This document shows positions 30,045 through 39,423 of a stretch of 64,000 nt of DNA, one piece after another. The stretch covers positions 704,001 through 768,000 of the forward strand of contig CBDBHB010000009.1 in the NCBI GenBank assembly GCA_965205505.1, written 5' to 3'. This DNA comes from Acidobacteriota bacterium (GTDB lineage Bacteria; Acidobacteriota; UBA890; WLXD01). Numbering within the stretch: position 1 is the first letter of the stretch; each line of letters begins with the position of its first letter. The position numbers were made by a program, and so were the translations under genes. The notes beneath the pieces are model-generated. The model ran no database searches. It was not told the origin of the DNA and was given only the letters and a program-made list of their open reading frames with translations.

Positions 30045-31487
30045 TCACGCTCTTCGCGGTCGCCTTACGGCCGGCCTTCCGCTCCCCGGCTCGCCCGTAA
30101 CGCGTCCTTCTTCGTAGACGACCTCGCCTCGGCGGATGGTGAGCACGGGCCAGCCGGTGACCGCCCATCCCTCGAAGGGCGTGTAATCCGAGCGCGAGGG
30201 GTCGTCGCTAGCAGTCGCGAACCGTTCGAGCTCCGGGTTGAAGATCACCACGTCGGCGATTGAGCCCTCACGAACGGTGCCACGCTCGGGGTAAAGTCCG
30301 AACGTCCTGGCCGCTGCAGTCGAGGTGACCTCGACGAACCGCTCTTCGGAGATTCGTCCCCAGCGAACACCCTCGGAGAAGAGCACGGGGCGCATGAAAC
30401 GGAGGTCGCTGACTCCCGGCCGAAGCCGCCCTACATCGAGCTCCCGGTCCAGCTTCTGCTCCCGTGTCCAAGGCGCGTGGTCGGTGGCTAGAAAGTCGAT
30501 GCGCCCGTCCGCGAGGCCCCGCCACATGGCATCGACGTCAGCCGCCGACCGCAGCGGCGGCTGGCCGATGTAGAGGGGGCCGTCCTCTCCCCGGAGCCAC
30601 TCCTCGGTGAAGTAGAGGTAGAGGGGTCTCGTCTCGATGCTGAGCGGCAAGCGCACACCGTACGGGCTACGCGCCGCCGCCAGCGCCCGAGACAACGAAA
30701 GATGCACCAAGTGCATCGGCGCCCTCGTGAGCTCGCACAATGCAACGGCCTCCTGGGTGGCCGCCACTTCCGCGATCTCGGGTCGGCTCTCGGCGTAGTG
30801 GCGGAGCGAGGTTCGACCCTCCAGGCGGAGCCGCCGAAGCGCAGCGTCCAGCATCGCACCGTCCTCGCAGTGCATGAGCGTGACGACCCCGGCTTTTCGC
30901 GCCGCCTCGAGCACATCGATCAAGGCGCTCCTGTGCTGCCCGAAATCCGACTGCGTCATGAAGATCTTGTGGCTCGGCTGCCCCCGCGCCGCAAGCTCGG
31001 GCATCATCGCCGAAAACTCAGCGCTTGGCGGCCAGGTGAAGGCATGGAAAAACACGTCACCGATGGCGCTCACGCTGACCTCGGCAAGACACCGGTCCAT
31101 CGCCTCCACCGCAGTTTCGCCGTCACGCGGATATGCGAACGTCCCCACCGTCGTGATGCCGCCCGCCAGCGCCGCGGAGGTGCCGGTGGTGAGATCGTCA
31201 ACGAAAGCCCCTTGCATGTGTGTGTGCGGGTCGATGCCGCCGGGGATGACCAGGTGGCCGGTTGCGTCGATGACGCGCGCCTCAGTGCCGGCAGCGAGAT
31301 CCGGCGCGACCTCGGCGATCATATCTCCCAGGATGCGCACATCGGCCGTCTGGCTGCCGTCGGCGTTGATGATCCGCCCACCGCGAATCAGGATTTCGGG
31401 CGCCTGCTGTAGCGCCTCGGGTTGCGCTGGGCCCGAAGTTCCACCTTGCCGTACGGGTGAGCCGTGTATTGCTTCTCGGCGGTTCAT
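30045..31487 (-). CDS. Dihydropyrimidinase/hydantoinase-like cyclic amidohydrolase
   Basis: PGGIDPHTH, GGITT, HKIF, MHCE, VHLS, ATDHAP. Confidence 0.9.
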   Translation of the reverse strand: MNRREAIHGSPVRQGGTSGPAQPEALQQAPEILIRGGRIINADGSQTADVRILGDMIAEVAPDLAAGTEARVIDATGHLVIPGGIDPHTHMQGAFVDDLTTGTSAALAGGITTVGTFAYPRDGETAVEAMDRCLAEVSVSAIGDVFFHAFTWPPSAEFSAMMPELAARGQPSHKIFMTQSDFGQHRSALIDVLEAARKAGVVTLMHCEDGAMLDAALRRLRLEGRTSLRHYAESRPEIAEVAATQEAVALCELTRAPMHLVHLSLSRALAAARSPYGVRLPLSIETRPLYLYFTEEWLRGEDGPLYIGQPPLRSAADVDAMWRGLADGRIDFLATDHAPWTREQKLDRELDVGRLRPGVSDLRFMRPVLFSEGVRWGRISEERFVEVTSTAAARTFGLYPERGTVREGSIADVVIFNPELERFATASDDPSRSDYTPFEGWAVTGWPVLTIRRGEVVYEEGRVTGEPGSGRPAVRRPRRA

Positions 31488-31565
31488 ATCGGCGTACGTA
31501 TCAACGCAGCAGCGCCATGCTCCCCGGCACCGGCTCCGATCGCGCCACGTCCATCAGCGGCTGCC

Positions 31566-33542
31566 TTACGGTAAGCTCAGCGCGACCCATTCGGCCGGGT
31601 AGTCGCGGCCGCCAATGGCCACGACGACGTACTGTTTGCCGTCGTGCAGGTAGGTCATCGGCGCGCTCGTCGTACCTGCCGGCAGCTCTATCTCCCAGAT
31701 CGTCTCGCCGGTGGCCTTGTTCAACGCGCGGAACATGGTTCCCCAGTGACCGCGGGCGACGCCTGGCATGGCGTCACTCCCCTCGCCGATGAACAGCATT
31801 GTCTTGGTGACGAGCGGGGCCGCCCGGTTGGCGATGCCGAGCGGCGGCAGGTCGAGATCTTGCAACATGGGGTGATTGCGTGGGCCATCACCAACCGCGA
31901 CCTGCCACACGTGCTCCCCCTGGTTCATGTCGATCGCCGTGAGCCGCCCGTAGGGTGGCTTGGTGAGCGGGAGTCCGAATGGCGTGGCCAGTTCCTGATG
32001 GCTCTGTCGCCAGCCGCGGCCTGCCCCCGCTGGTGCCCTCTTGATCACGTAATCCATCGTCGCGTCGCCGGTGGCCTCGACCATGTCGTTGATGTACGGA
32101 AGCGTGTGCGACGCGGCGTAGAAAACGCCGGTCTCCGGATCGAACGCCGGCGTGTGCCAGTTCGCCGCACCCCAGGTTCCCGGTACCACGATCGTTCCGT
32201 TCGCCGCCTCGTCCGCCAACGACGGCGGCGTGAAGATCGGACCGGTGACGTACTGATTCATGATCCTGAGTGCCTCGGCCCTGAGCTCGGGCGTGAAGTC
32301 GATCAGGTCGTCCTCGGTCAAGCCCTGACGGTCGAACGGTGGCGGCTTGGTCGGAAACGGCTGCGTCGGCGAGGTCTGCTCGCCCGGAACCGTCGACTGC
32401 GGCACAGGCCGCTCTTCGATCGGCCACACCGGCTCGCCCGTCTCCCGATCAAAGACGTAGACAAACCCGGTCTTGTTGGGCTGCATCACCGCCTTGATCT
32501 GCTTGCCATCGACCGTGATGTTACCGAGAACAGGGGCGCCGATGTTGTCGTAGTCCCACAGATCGTGATGAACCATCTGGAAATGCCAAACGCGCTTGCC
32601 AGTCTTGGCGTCGATGGCCACAAGGCTGTCAGCGTACAGGTTGTCCCCGGGCCGGTGGCCGCCGTAGAGACTGTTGCTGGGAGCGGTCAGCGGCACATAC
32701 ACGTAGCCGAGCTCTTCGTCGGCGCTGAGCCCGCCCCAGGCACCCATGGCGCCCCCGTACCACCACGAGTCGCCCCAGGTGTCGTCGCCGAACTCACCCG
32801 GCCGCGGCCTCACGTGGAACGTCCACACGAGCTCGCCCGTACGCACGTCGTAACCCCGTACGTCCTCCGGAGCAGCTTCTTTCTTGTTTCCGAAGTCGCC
32901 ACCGCCACCACCGTTCCCGGCGACGACCACAACATCGCCGACGACGACCGGGGCGGCGATCGACCAGCTGTATTCTGCCCACGGCAAGTCGCGGTGAAGG
33001 TCGACGCGCCCGTTTTCGCCGAAGTCGGGGTAGTAGGCGCCGGTTCTGGCGTTGAGGGCATAGAGATACCGGCGCCTCGCCACGAACACCCGCCGGTCGG
33101 TGCCACTCTCCCAGTAGTCGAGGCCGCGGGAGCTCGAACCGCTCATGCCCTCCGGGGTGCTGTCGAACGGCTCCTGTTCCCAGACCGTCTTGCCGGTTCC
33201 GGCGTCGAAGGCCTCCACCAGCCCAACGCCGTTGGGGGCGTAGAGCACCCCACCGACCATGATCGGCGTCGACCGCAGGTTGTCGTTGACGTTGAGATCG
33301 GGGAACGCCTGTTTCAGCTGGGCGGTTACCTTGGGGCGACGCCAGAGAATCTCGAGATCGCCGACGTTGTCGAGATTGATCTGATCGAGAGGCGAGTACC
33401 TCGTGAACCCCTTGTCACCGCCGTAGTAGTGCCACTCGCCCACCGGCTCCGGCACGCTCTCCTGCGCCCGAGCTAACAGGCCAGTCGCCATGACAAGGCC
33501 CACACACAGAGCCGTCCTGATCGATTGTTGGATCCCCAGCAT
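31566..33542 (-). CDS. Secreted PQQ-dependent glucose/quinate dehydrogenase-like protein
   Basis: Signal peptide; YSPLDQIN, GGHRPGDNLY, HHDLWDYD, PIEERPVPQS, KPPYGRL. Confidence 0.9.
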   Translation of the reverse strand: MLGIQQSIRTALCVGLVMATGLLARAQESVPEPVGEWHYYGGDKGFTRYSPLDQINLDNVGDLEILWRRPKVTAQLKQAFPDLNVNDNLRSTPIMVGGVLYAPNGVGLVEAFDAGTGKTVWEQEPFDSTPEGMSGSSSRGLDYWESGTDRRVFVARRRYLYALNARTGAYYPDFGENGRVDLHRDLPWAEYSWSIAAPVVVGDVVVVAGNGGGGGDFGNKKEAAPEDVRGYDVRTGELVWTFHVRPRPGEFGDDTWGDSWWYGGAMGAWGGLSADEELGYVYVPLTAPSNSLYGGHRPGDNLYADSLVAIDAKTGKRVWHFQMVHHDLWDYDNIGAPVLGNITVDGKQIKAVMQPNKTGFVYVFDRETGEPVWPIEERPVPQSTVPGEQTSPTQPFPTKPPPFDRQGLTEDDLIDFTPELRAEALRIMNQYVTGPIFTPPSLADEAANGTIVVPGTWGAANWHTPAFDPETGVFYAASHTLPYINDMVEATGDATMDYVIKRAPAGAGRGWRQSHQELATPFGLPLTKPPYGRLTAIDMNQGEHVWQVAVGDGPRNHPMLQDLDLPPLGIANRAAPLVTKTMLFIGEGSDAMPGVARGHWGTMFRALNKATGETIWEIELPAGTTSAPMTYLHDGKQYVVVAIGGRDYPAEWVALSLP

Positions 33543-33736
33543 CGCGACACCTCCTGGTTACTGATTCCCTAGGTCGTTGAACGTCTGCCCCCCGGGCGCC
33601 CGAGCAATGCTAGACGTCTTCCGCACAACACTCCATTCGCGCGACATCGCCCAGCGAACCATCAGGGAGGTGCCGCAGGCAAAACAGTTGCCATTGCTTG
33701 AAGAACTCTGGCCCATCAGCGTTGTGCAACACCGTG

Positions 33737-34715
33737 CTAGAAGGTTGCGATTGGATTCAGTGGCGATCCCGTTCCGCCGGGAACACGCAGGGGCGCCGCC
33801 GTCAGCAGAAACTCCCAACGGTTCTGCCGTGCTGCTTCCGCCGCGACGTCTTCGAGATCGAGGTTGTCGAAGATCGGCATGCCCAGTGCCACGAGTGCCA
33901 GGACGTGGACCGGATGGGTCTCGCCTTCGACACCGGATGGGAACACGTCGGCGGCCGAGTCGCTTCCGAGCATCGCGACGCCGCGCTCCTTGAGCCACTT
34001 GATCGTCGAGGCATGGAGTCCTGCCTCTTGCTCCGCGACGGCCCATGGGCCGTTCTCGTCTCGCAGAGCCCACCGCCCGGTGCGAATCAGTAGCACGTCT
34101 CCCTCGCCCACAGTGACCTGCGCTTGCCGCTCCCAGGCCTCCAGATCTTCGATGTAGATCGGGGTACCGCTGGCGAGGTAGGAAACGTTCTTGAGCCGCG
34201 GGATATCCATGAGAATGCCGCGCGCAAAGATGCCGTCGCGAGCTGCCGTCACCGCCAGCTGCCCGCATCCGGCCTCGGTCACGCTGCTGCGGGCATAGCC
34301 GTTGTACGTCGTCCCATCGTGAAAGCGATGGCAGAGCGCGTCCATGTGGCTGTGAGCATATCCGTGGAAGACCACACCGATGTTGTCGACGGCCCAGGGT
34401 CCCTCAGTGGCGCCATGCAGCAGCATCTCGTGGCGATAGGGATTGCCGTTATCGGGACTGCTCTCGGTGAGCGTGTTATGCGCCATCGATACCGAGATGC
34501 CCTTTGTTACCAAGGCCGCGGCTGCTTTTTGCTTCTCCGGCGTGATGAGATTCAGGGTGCCGAGCTGGTCGTTGTCTCCCCAGCGTCCCCAGTTGGAGAG
34601 CTCCGTCATCCAACGGTTCATAGGTAGCGCGATCCACCGGTGTCGGTCCCTGTGCCGAAAGCGGCGTTGCCAAGAGCAGAACCAACCCAGCCGTCCAAAT
34701 CTTCATCGTCTTCAC
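33737..34715 (-). CDS. Secreted cyclase (kynurenine formamidase-like); +1 frameshift at GG 34615-34616 separates the signal peptide from the body
   Basis: SNWGRWG, HGYAHSHMDALCH, GTGSPLNP. Upstream frame has GGGAGG RBS and signal peptide MKIWTAGLVLLLATPLSA; removing one base gives ATYERWMTELSNWG. Confidence 0.85.
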
Positions 34716-34905
34716 GAGACCTCCCGACGGATTCGATGCTGTGCGTCGCAGACTCTTTGCGACCGACTCCTGATCATGAGTACGGTGACGTTTGCAGTAC
34801 ACGCCGGCCCCAGCGTGGATGGTCGAGGGCGTGCCGTTCTTGAAGAAGGAGCACGGCGCCTGGAGGCGGGGACAAGGCGGCTAGTGGCGCATGAGCCGCG
34901 GCGTA

Positions 34906-35271
34906 TCAATGCCGGCGCGGGCCGGTGAGCTGGTCGTAGGCTTCTTGAACCTCTTTGAACTTCTCGCCGGTTAGCTCCACCAGCTCCGGGCCGAGGTGTG
35001 TGACGCGGTCTGGATGGTACTTGCTGGCAAGATTGAGGTAGGCGGCACGGACCTCATCGTCGTTAGCGCTCGCGTCCAACGCGAGGATCTTCAATGCCTT
35101 GCTGCGCTCGCTTCGTTGCCTCGGGCGTGTAATCCGATGGCCGGCGCCCTGTTTGCCTGGGGGCGAGAAAGGACCATCGCCGGCGCGCCGCGAGCCGAGC
35201 CCGAAGATTCGGTCGAGGATCCGGAAGAACATCCAGACGAAGACGAGCGAGATGATTGCTCGTAAGAACAT
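34906..35271 (-). CDS. Small membrane-anchored J-domain (DjlA-like) protein
   Basis: N-terminal TM; YHPDR; KFKEVQEAYD. Confidence 0.85.
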   Translation of the reverse strand: MFLRAIISLVFVWMFFRILDRIFGLGSRRAGDGPFSPPGKQGAGHRITRPRQRSERSKALKILALDASANDDEVRAAYLNLASKYHPDRVTHLGPELVELTGEKFKEVQEAYDQLTGPRRH

Positions 35272-35297
35272 CGGTCAACAATATCCTTGCTTGAAAC

Positions 35298-35319
35298 TAG
35301 TGTCCTGTAACAGAGGTTC
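35298..35319 (+). repeat. 22-nt junction motif B (IS630-like end relic), copy 2
   Basis: (C)TAGTGTCCTGTAACAGAGGTTC, 20/22 identical to 18669-18690 on the minus strand. Confidence 0.7.
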
Positions 35320-35374
35320 GTTGCATATTGCTGGGTCCCGTTCGCGTCAGTAGCAAGAGGCGATGGTCATCGGC

Positions 35375-37105
35375 TCAACGGTTGATCTCGTACGCGTGCC
35401 CGGTCAGTTGCCAGCGCACCATCGACACCGGGATCACCCCCACCGCGGCGAACTCGTCCATGAAGCTGCGTAGCGAGAATTCGTCGCCGCGCTGGATGGC
35501 GCGCTCTGCCAGGAGCCGCTCGATCTCGATCTTGCCGATCAAGTAGCTGGTCCCGTAGCCGGGTTGCGTGAGGTAGAAATGCTCCTCGCCCTGGATCGTG
35601 TCGCCGTCGGCCGGCAGCCAGCCACGCGGCACCCACTCAGAGGCGAAGTCGCAGGCCTCCTGATGGGTCCATTCCTGCCCGTGCTGCATCAGGCCGCCGA
35701 GGGCCCGGGCGGCGCGTTGGGCCAGCAAGATCCAGATCAGCTCGCGGGCACGAGGCTTATCGTCGAAGGCGCCGGCGTGCATCATCATTTCCTCGACGCC
35801 CGTGGCCATTCCCTCCGAACGTCCGTCGTAGATGTTGAACAGCGCCGGAACGCGGCGAATCGGGCTCTCGTGCGGCTCCTCTCGCATCCTCGCCAGGTCG
35901 AACCAGTGGTAGCCGTGCGTGCGCATGACCTCGCCGTCTCGATATTCCACCTCAGAGAAGAAGCCGCGCAGACCATCCGGCCTTGTTGGCGGCGCGAATC
36001 TGCCGATCCGCTCGCGCAGCGCGCCATCCATGTAGTCACGGATGGTCAGGATCTCCTCCTCTTGAAGGAAATCCATGTATTCGGTGACCGCCGCGTTGAG
36101 CGCGGCGTCGTAATCCTCGGCGTTCTGCATACGAGTCAGCTGTGGCAGGTGGCGATTGCGGTTCTCCACCAGCCGCAGACTGGCGTGGGCGCGCCACAGC
36201 TCGCGCCGCATCAGCGTCACTTCTTCTTCCCACGTATACGGAACGAGGTGCACGTTGTTCAGGTACCAGGTGTAGTGGTCTTTGCCGACACCCGATATTC
36301 CGGTCTTCGACGGAAGCTCCTGCTCGAGCCACTGAGCGAACCGATCGGTCGCGGCAATCGCGCCTTGCACGGCCGTGTCGAGCGCCGCGCTGGTGCCAGC
36401 CACGTGTTGTCCGAAGATCGCCAGATTACGACTCTGGCCGCGCACCGAGCGGATGCCCAGTCGCCACAGATCGTGCCCCGTACCCACGAGGTTGCGGCGC
36501 GCCTGTTCCAACAGGGACGGGATCACGCGGATCCGCTCGGTGAGCTCAGCGGCGGCGGGCGCCGAAAGCGGATACTCGTAGGTCCAGGTGTCGATCCAGC
36601 CGTGGATAACCGGCCCCTCGTGCGCCGGCACGTCGGACTCCTCCGGGAAGAGCATCACGTAAAACGCCGGGTTGTTGGCCCACGGTCGGCGCACCCGGTG
36701 GTCGAAGTCGAGGCCGTTCATCTCCGCCTTGACCAGTCGCCAATCGATCTGTTGCTCGACCGGCCAGCCGGCGGGCTCGATGGCGTCGAGGCGCTCGTGG
36801 TACGCGCGCAGCTCGCTCTGCTGCTCGGCCATGGCTGCTGCCGTGTAGTCGGGAACCCCGTCGTCGAGCCGCGGCGCCGCGAACTGTCTCCAGTCTTCAA
36901 AGAGCGTCAGCAGGGCTCCGTAGTCGTCCTGGGCGCCGGCCGCGGCCGGCATGGCTGCACCGGCTGCTGGCATGGCTGCACCGAACACGAGCGTTCCGAT
37001 GAGGACGGCGGGCGCGAAAGCCGCACGCGCAGAACGGAGCTCAGCTCTCACGGTTGCCTCCAGGATCATGTCTCGGATCGGTCGCAGCGGAGCTGTGTGT
37101 CTCAT
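35375..37105 (-). CDS. DUF885-like secreted protein
   Basis: RPWANNPAFY, RSEGMAT, QPGYGTSYLIGK, FSLRSFMD; ATGA overlap with the upstream paralog. Confidence 0.8.
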   Translation of the reverse strand: MRHTAPLRPIRDMILEATVRAELRSARAAFAPAVLIGTLVFGAAMPAAGAAMPAAAGAQDDYGALLTLFEDWRQFAAPRLDDGVPDYTAAAMAEQQSELRAYHERLDAIEPAGWPVEQQIDWRLVKAEMNGLDFDHRVRRPWANNPAFYVMLFPEESDVPAHEGPVIHGWIDTWTYEYPLSAPAAAELTERIRVIPSLLEQARRNLVGTGHDLWRLGIRSVRGQSRNLAIFGQHVAGTSAALDTAVQGAIAATDRFAQWLEQELPSKTGISGVGKDHYTWYLNNVHLVPYTWEEEVTLMRRELWRAHASLRLVENRNRHLPQLTRMQNAEDYDAALNAAVTEYMDFLQEEEILTIRDYMDGALRERIGRFAPPTRPDGLRGFFSEVEYRDGEVMRTHGYHWFDLARMREEPHESPIRRVPALFNIYDGRSEGMATGVEEMMMHAGAFDDKPRARELIWILLAQRAARALGGLMQHGQEWTHQEACDFASEWVPRGWLPADGDTIQGEEHFYLTQPGYGTSYLIGKIEIERLLAERAIQRGDEFSLRSFMDEFAAVGVIPVSMVRWQLTGHAYEINR

Positions 37106-38736
37106 CGAGAAGATTCCGGCCATAGCTCTTTGATCTCGTCGTCATGCCCGGTCATCTCCCAGCGGATCAGCGACACGGGGATCACGCCTGCGGTATAGAA
37201 CTCGTCCATGAACTGTTTCACGGTGAAGTCGTCGCCCAACTGCTGTGCTCGGTCGCGGAACAGCTTCATGAAGTGGACCTTACCGACCACCATTTGCGCA
37301 TGCCAGCCGACATGCACCAGGGTAGTCTGCATCTCACCCCACAGGTGAGGGCTGTCATCGAGCAGTTCCCCGTGCGGCGCATTCGCCACGGCAAACTCCA
37401 TCGCCTCCGTCAGGCTCCAATCCCGACTGTGCATATACACGTCTGCGAGCGCCCTGACCGTGCGAAACGCCGCCTGCTCGTAGGCGACTTCTCGTGCTCT
37501 GCGCGGCCGCTCGTCGAGATAGCCTGCGTGCATGAGTAGCTCCTCGAAAGCGAACGCCAGTCCCTCCAGACGGGCGACCGCCATGTCATAGGGCCCTTCG
37601 TGCTCCCTGGCGCCCCGAATGGGCCGGTCGTCGTGTTGGGCTCTGAGCAGGTCGAAGTGGTGCCCCACCATCTCGTGGGTCTCTTCCATGAGCGATTCGC
37701 GGTGCGAAAAATTGAAGAAGTAGTCGTGCGTTTCGGGCCACGGGCGGCGGGTCGCGCGCAATCGACCCTGCCGATAGTCGTCCACCACGATGTAGTCCTG
37801 AACCGTGAAGATCTCGTCGTCGCGGATGAAGCTCATGACACGCTCGAGGGAGCTCAGGACGCTGCGACGACGCTCCTCCTGCGATGTTACGGGCGTAAGC
37901 GGCGGAAGATTGCGATTGCGGTTTTCCTCGAGCTTCTGGAACGTGATGACGCGATTGTCCTCAAGCTCCACGATCGTCCGAATCTCATCCCAGGTATAGG
38001 GAAACAGATAGACGTTCTTCATCATCCAGTTGTAGTTTTCGACTCCGACCCCGGCTGAAGCGGTCATCTCGCTCCGGTTTCCCTCGAGCCAGTCGAGGTA
38101 GCCGTCGATTGCAGCCTCAGCTGCCTGGGCATCGGGTAGAAGATCGGGATGGTATTCGCCGAGCTGGGCGACGAATTCCGCCAACCGATCATCGCCTTGC
38201 TCGAGCTCATGAATCGCGAGGATTGCGAGGTCACCGGGTATTCGGGATAGGTCGCCGCCACCGAGATTCCCTTTTGCCTGCTCGTAGTATTCAGGGATTG
38301 CCCGCAGCCTCGATTGAAACTCGGCAATGCGCTCACCCTCGATAGGCAGGCCGGGGAGCCTACCCAGGCCGCCCCTGCCGCCGGCGTAGAAAGCGGGATC
38401 ACGCACCCATGGACGCAGAACCCGAAGCTCGAACTCGAGCCCGTTCATCTCGGCACGGACCAGGTGGTAGTCGACCTGATCGGCGACCGACCAGCTGCCT
38501 ATGTCGATCGCCGCCAGGCGACGCTGAAAATCCTGTAGGTTGGCAAACCGGGTCTCCATGGCCGAAGCGTAGCCGGATAGATCGCCGCGGTAATCGTCCT
38601 GCGAGAAGGCGCGAAACTCCTCGAAAAGGCCTGAGAGATCTGCGTAACCAGCACCGTCTTGGCCGGAGACGTCGGAGCCGAGTGCGGCGAGGAGGAAGGA
38701 CAGAAGAACAACTCCGGGAACCGATGCGAGTCTCAT
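37102..38736 (-). CDS. DUF885-like secreted protein (tandem paralog)
   Basis: Signal peptide from ATG 38736; RPWVRDPAFY, RLEGLA, FTVKQFMD, IPVSLIRW. Confidence 0.8.
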   Translation of the reverse strand: MRLASVPGVVLLSFLLAALGSDVSGQDGAGYADLSGLFEEFRAFSQDDYRGDLSGYASAMETRFANLQDFQRRLAAIDIGSWSVADQVDYHLVRAEMNGLEFELRVLRPWVRDPAFYAGGRGGLGRLPGLPIEGERIAEFQSRLRAIPEYYEQAKGNLGGGDLSRIPGDLAILAIHELEQGDDRLAEFVAQLGEYHPDLLPDAQAAEAAIDGYLDWLEGNRSEMTASAGVGVENYNWMMKNVYLFPYTWDEIRTIVELEDNRVITFQKLEENRNRNLPPLTPVTSQEERRRSVLSSLERVMSFIRDDEIFTVQDYIVVDDYRQGRLRATRRPWPETHDYFFNFSHRESLMEETHEMVGHHFDLLRAQHDDRPIRGAREHEGPYDMAVARLEGLAFAFEELLMHAGYLDERPRRAREVAYEQAAFRTVRALADVYMHSRDWSLTEAMEFAVANAPHGELLDDSPHLWGEMQTTLVHVGWHAQMVVGKVHFMKLFRDRAQQLGDDFTVKQFMDEFYTAGVIPVSLIRWEMTGHDDEIKELWPESSR

Positions 38737-38865
38737 GATCGCTCCAGTGGCTGTCAATGACCGGCCCGAGAGCCGCTGCGGGTTGTGTGGAGACCGTGTC
38801 TTTCTGTTGACATCTTCGTTTGCAATAGGAACGCTTCCGCTTTGACACAACGAAGGAGGTTGCCG

Positions 38866-39261
38866 ATGAAGAAGCTCGTTCCCGCTTGGCTCGCCGCAAC
38901 GATCACGGCGTTTGCCCTGTCTCTCGTCTGGCACTTGCTGTTGATGGCAGATTTCTACGCCGACCATGCTCAGGCCGTGGCCAGGGCAGAGCCCGACTTC
39001 AGATTCATCATCTTGGGCTACGTCGTCCTCGGCCTTCTCATGGCGATCGCCTATCCAATTGGCTACAAGGGCGGCTCTCCGATCGCCGAGGGGTTTCGCT
39101 TCGGCGCCCTCTTCGGCCTCATTTGGATCCTGCCCTGGTCCTTGATCATCGTCGGGATCTGGAACGTGTCGTTTGCGGGAGTCGCAGTCGATGCTCTCTG
39201 GCACGTAGTCGAAGAAGGAATCGCCGGAATCGCCGTAGCATACGCGTATGGGAAGTCGTAA
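38866..39261 (+). CDS. Small 4-TM membrane protein (DUF1761-like)
   Basis: AAGGAGG RBS; four hydrophobic segments; EGFRFGALFGL. Confidence 0.7.
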   Translation: MKKLVPAWLAATITAFALSLVWHLLLMADFYADHAQAVARAEPDFRFIILGYVVLGLLMAIAYPIGYKGGSPIAEGFRFGALFGLIWILPWSLIIVGIWNVSFAGVAVDALWHVVEEGIAGIAVAYAYGKS

Positions 39262-39423
39262 TCCTGAGACCGGCTGCGTGACCATGGGCGCGGGTGGCCA
39301 ATAGCCTAGCGAGCGGACGTGAGCCCGGAACACCTCGGTCTGCGACCGGGCGATCGTAGACTTGGCCCGGGCGACAGTCGCCAGCGGTGCACCGTTATCT
39401 GCAAGCTAGCCAAAGGAGGAGCC

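Noticed and set aside
36940-36983. 21-nt tandem duplication (AAMPAAG twice) in a DUF885 signal region
   Set aside because: Real but in-frame, two copies only, in a low-constraint region.
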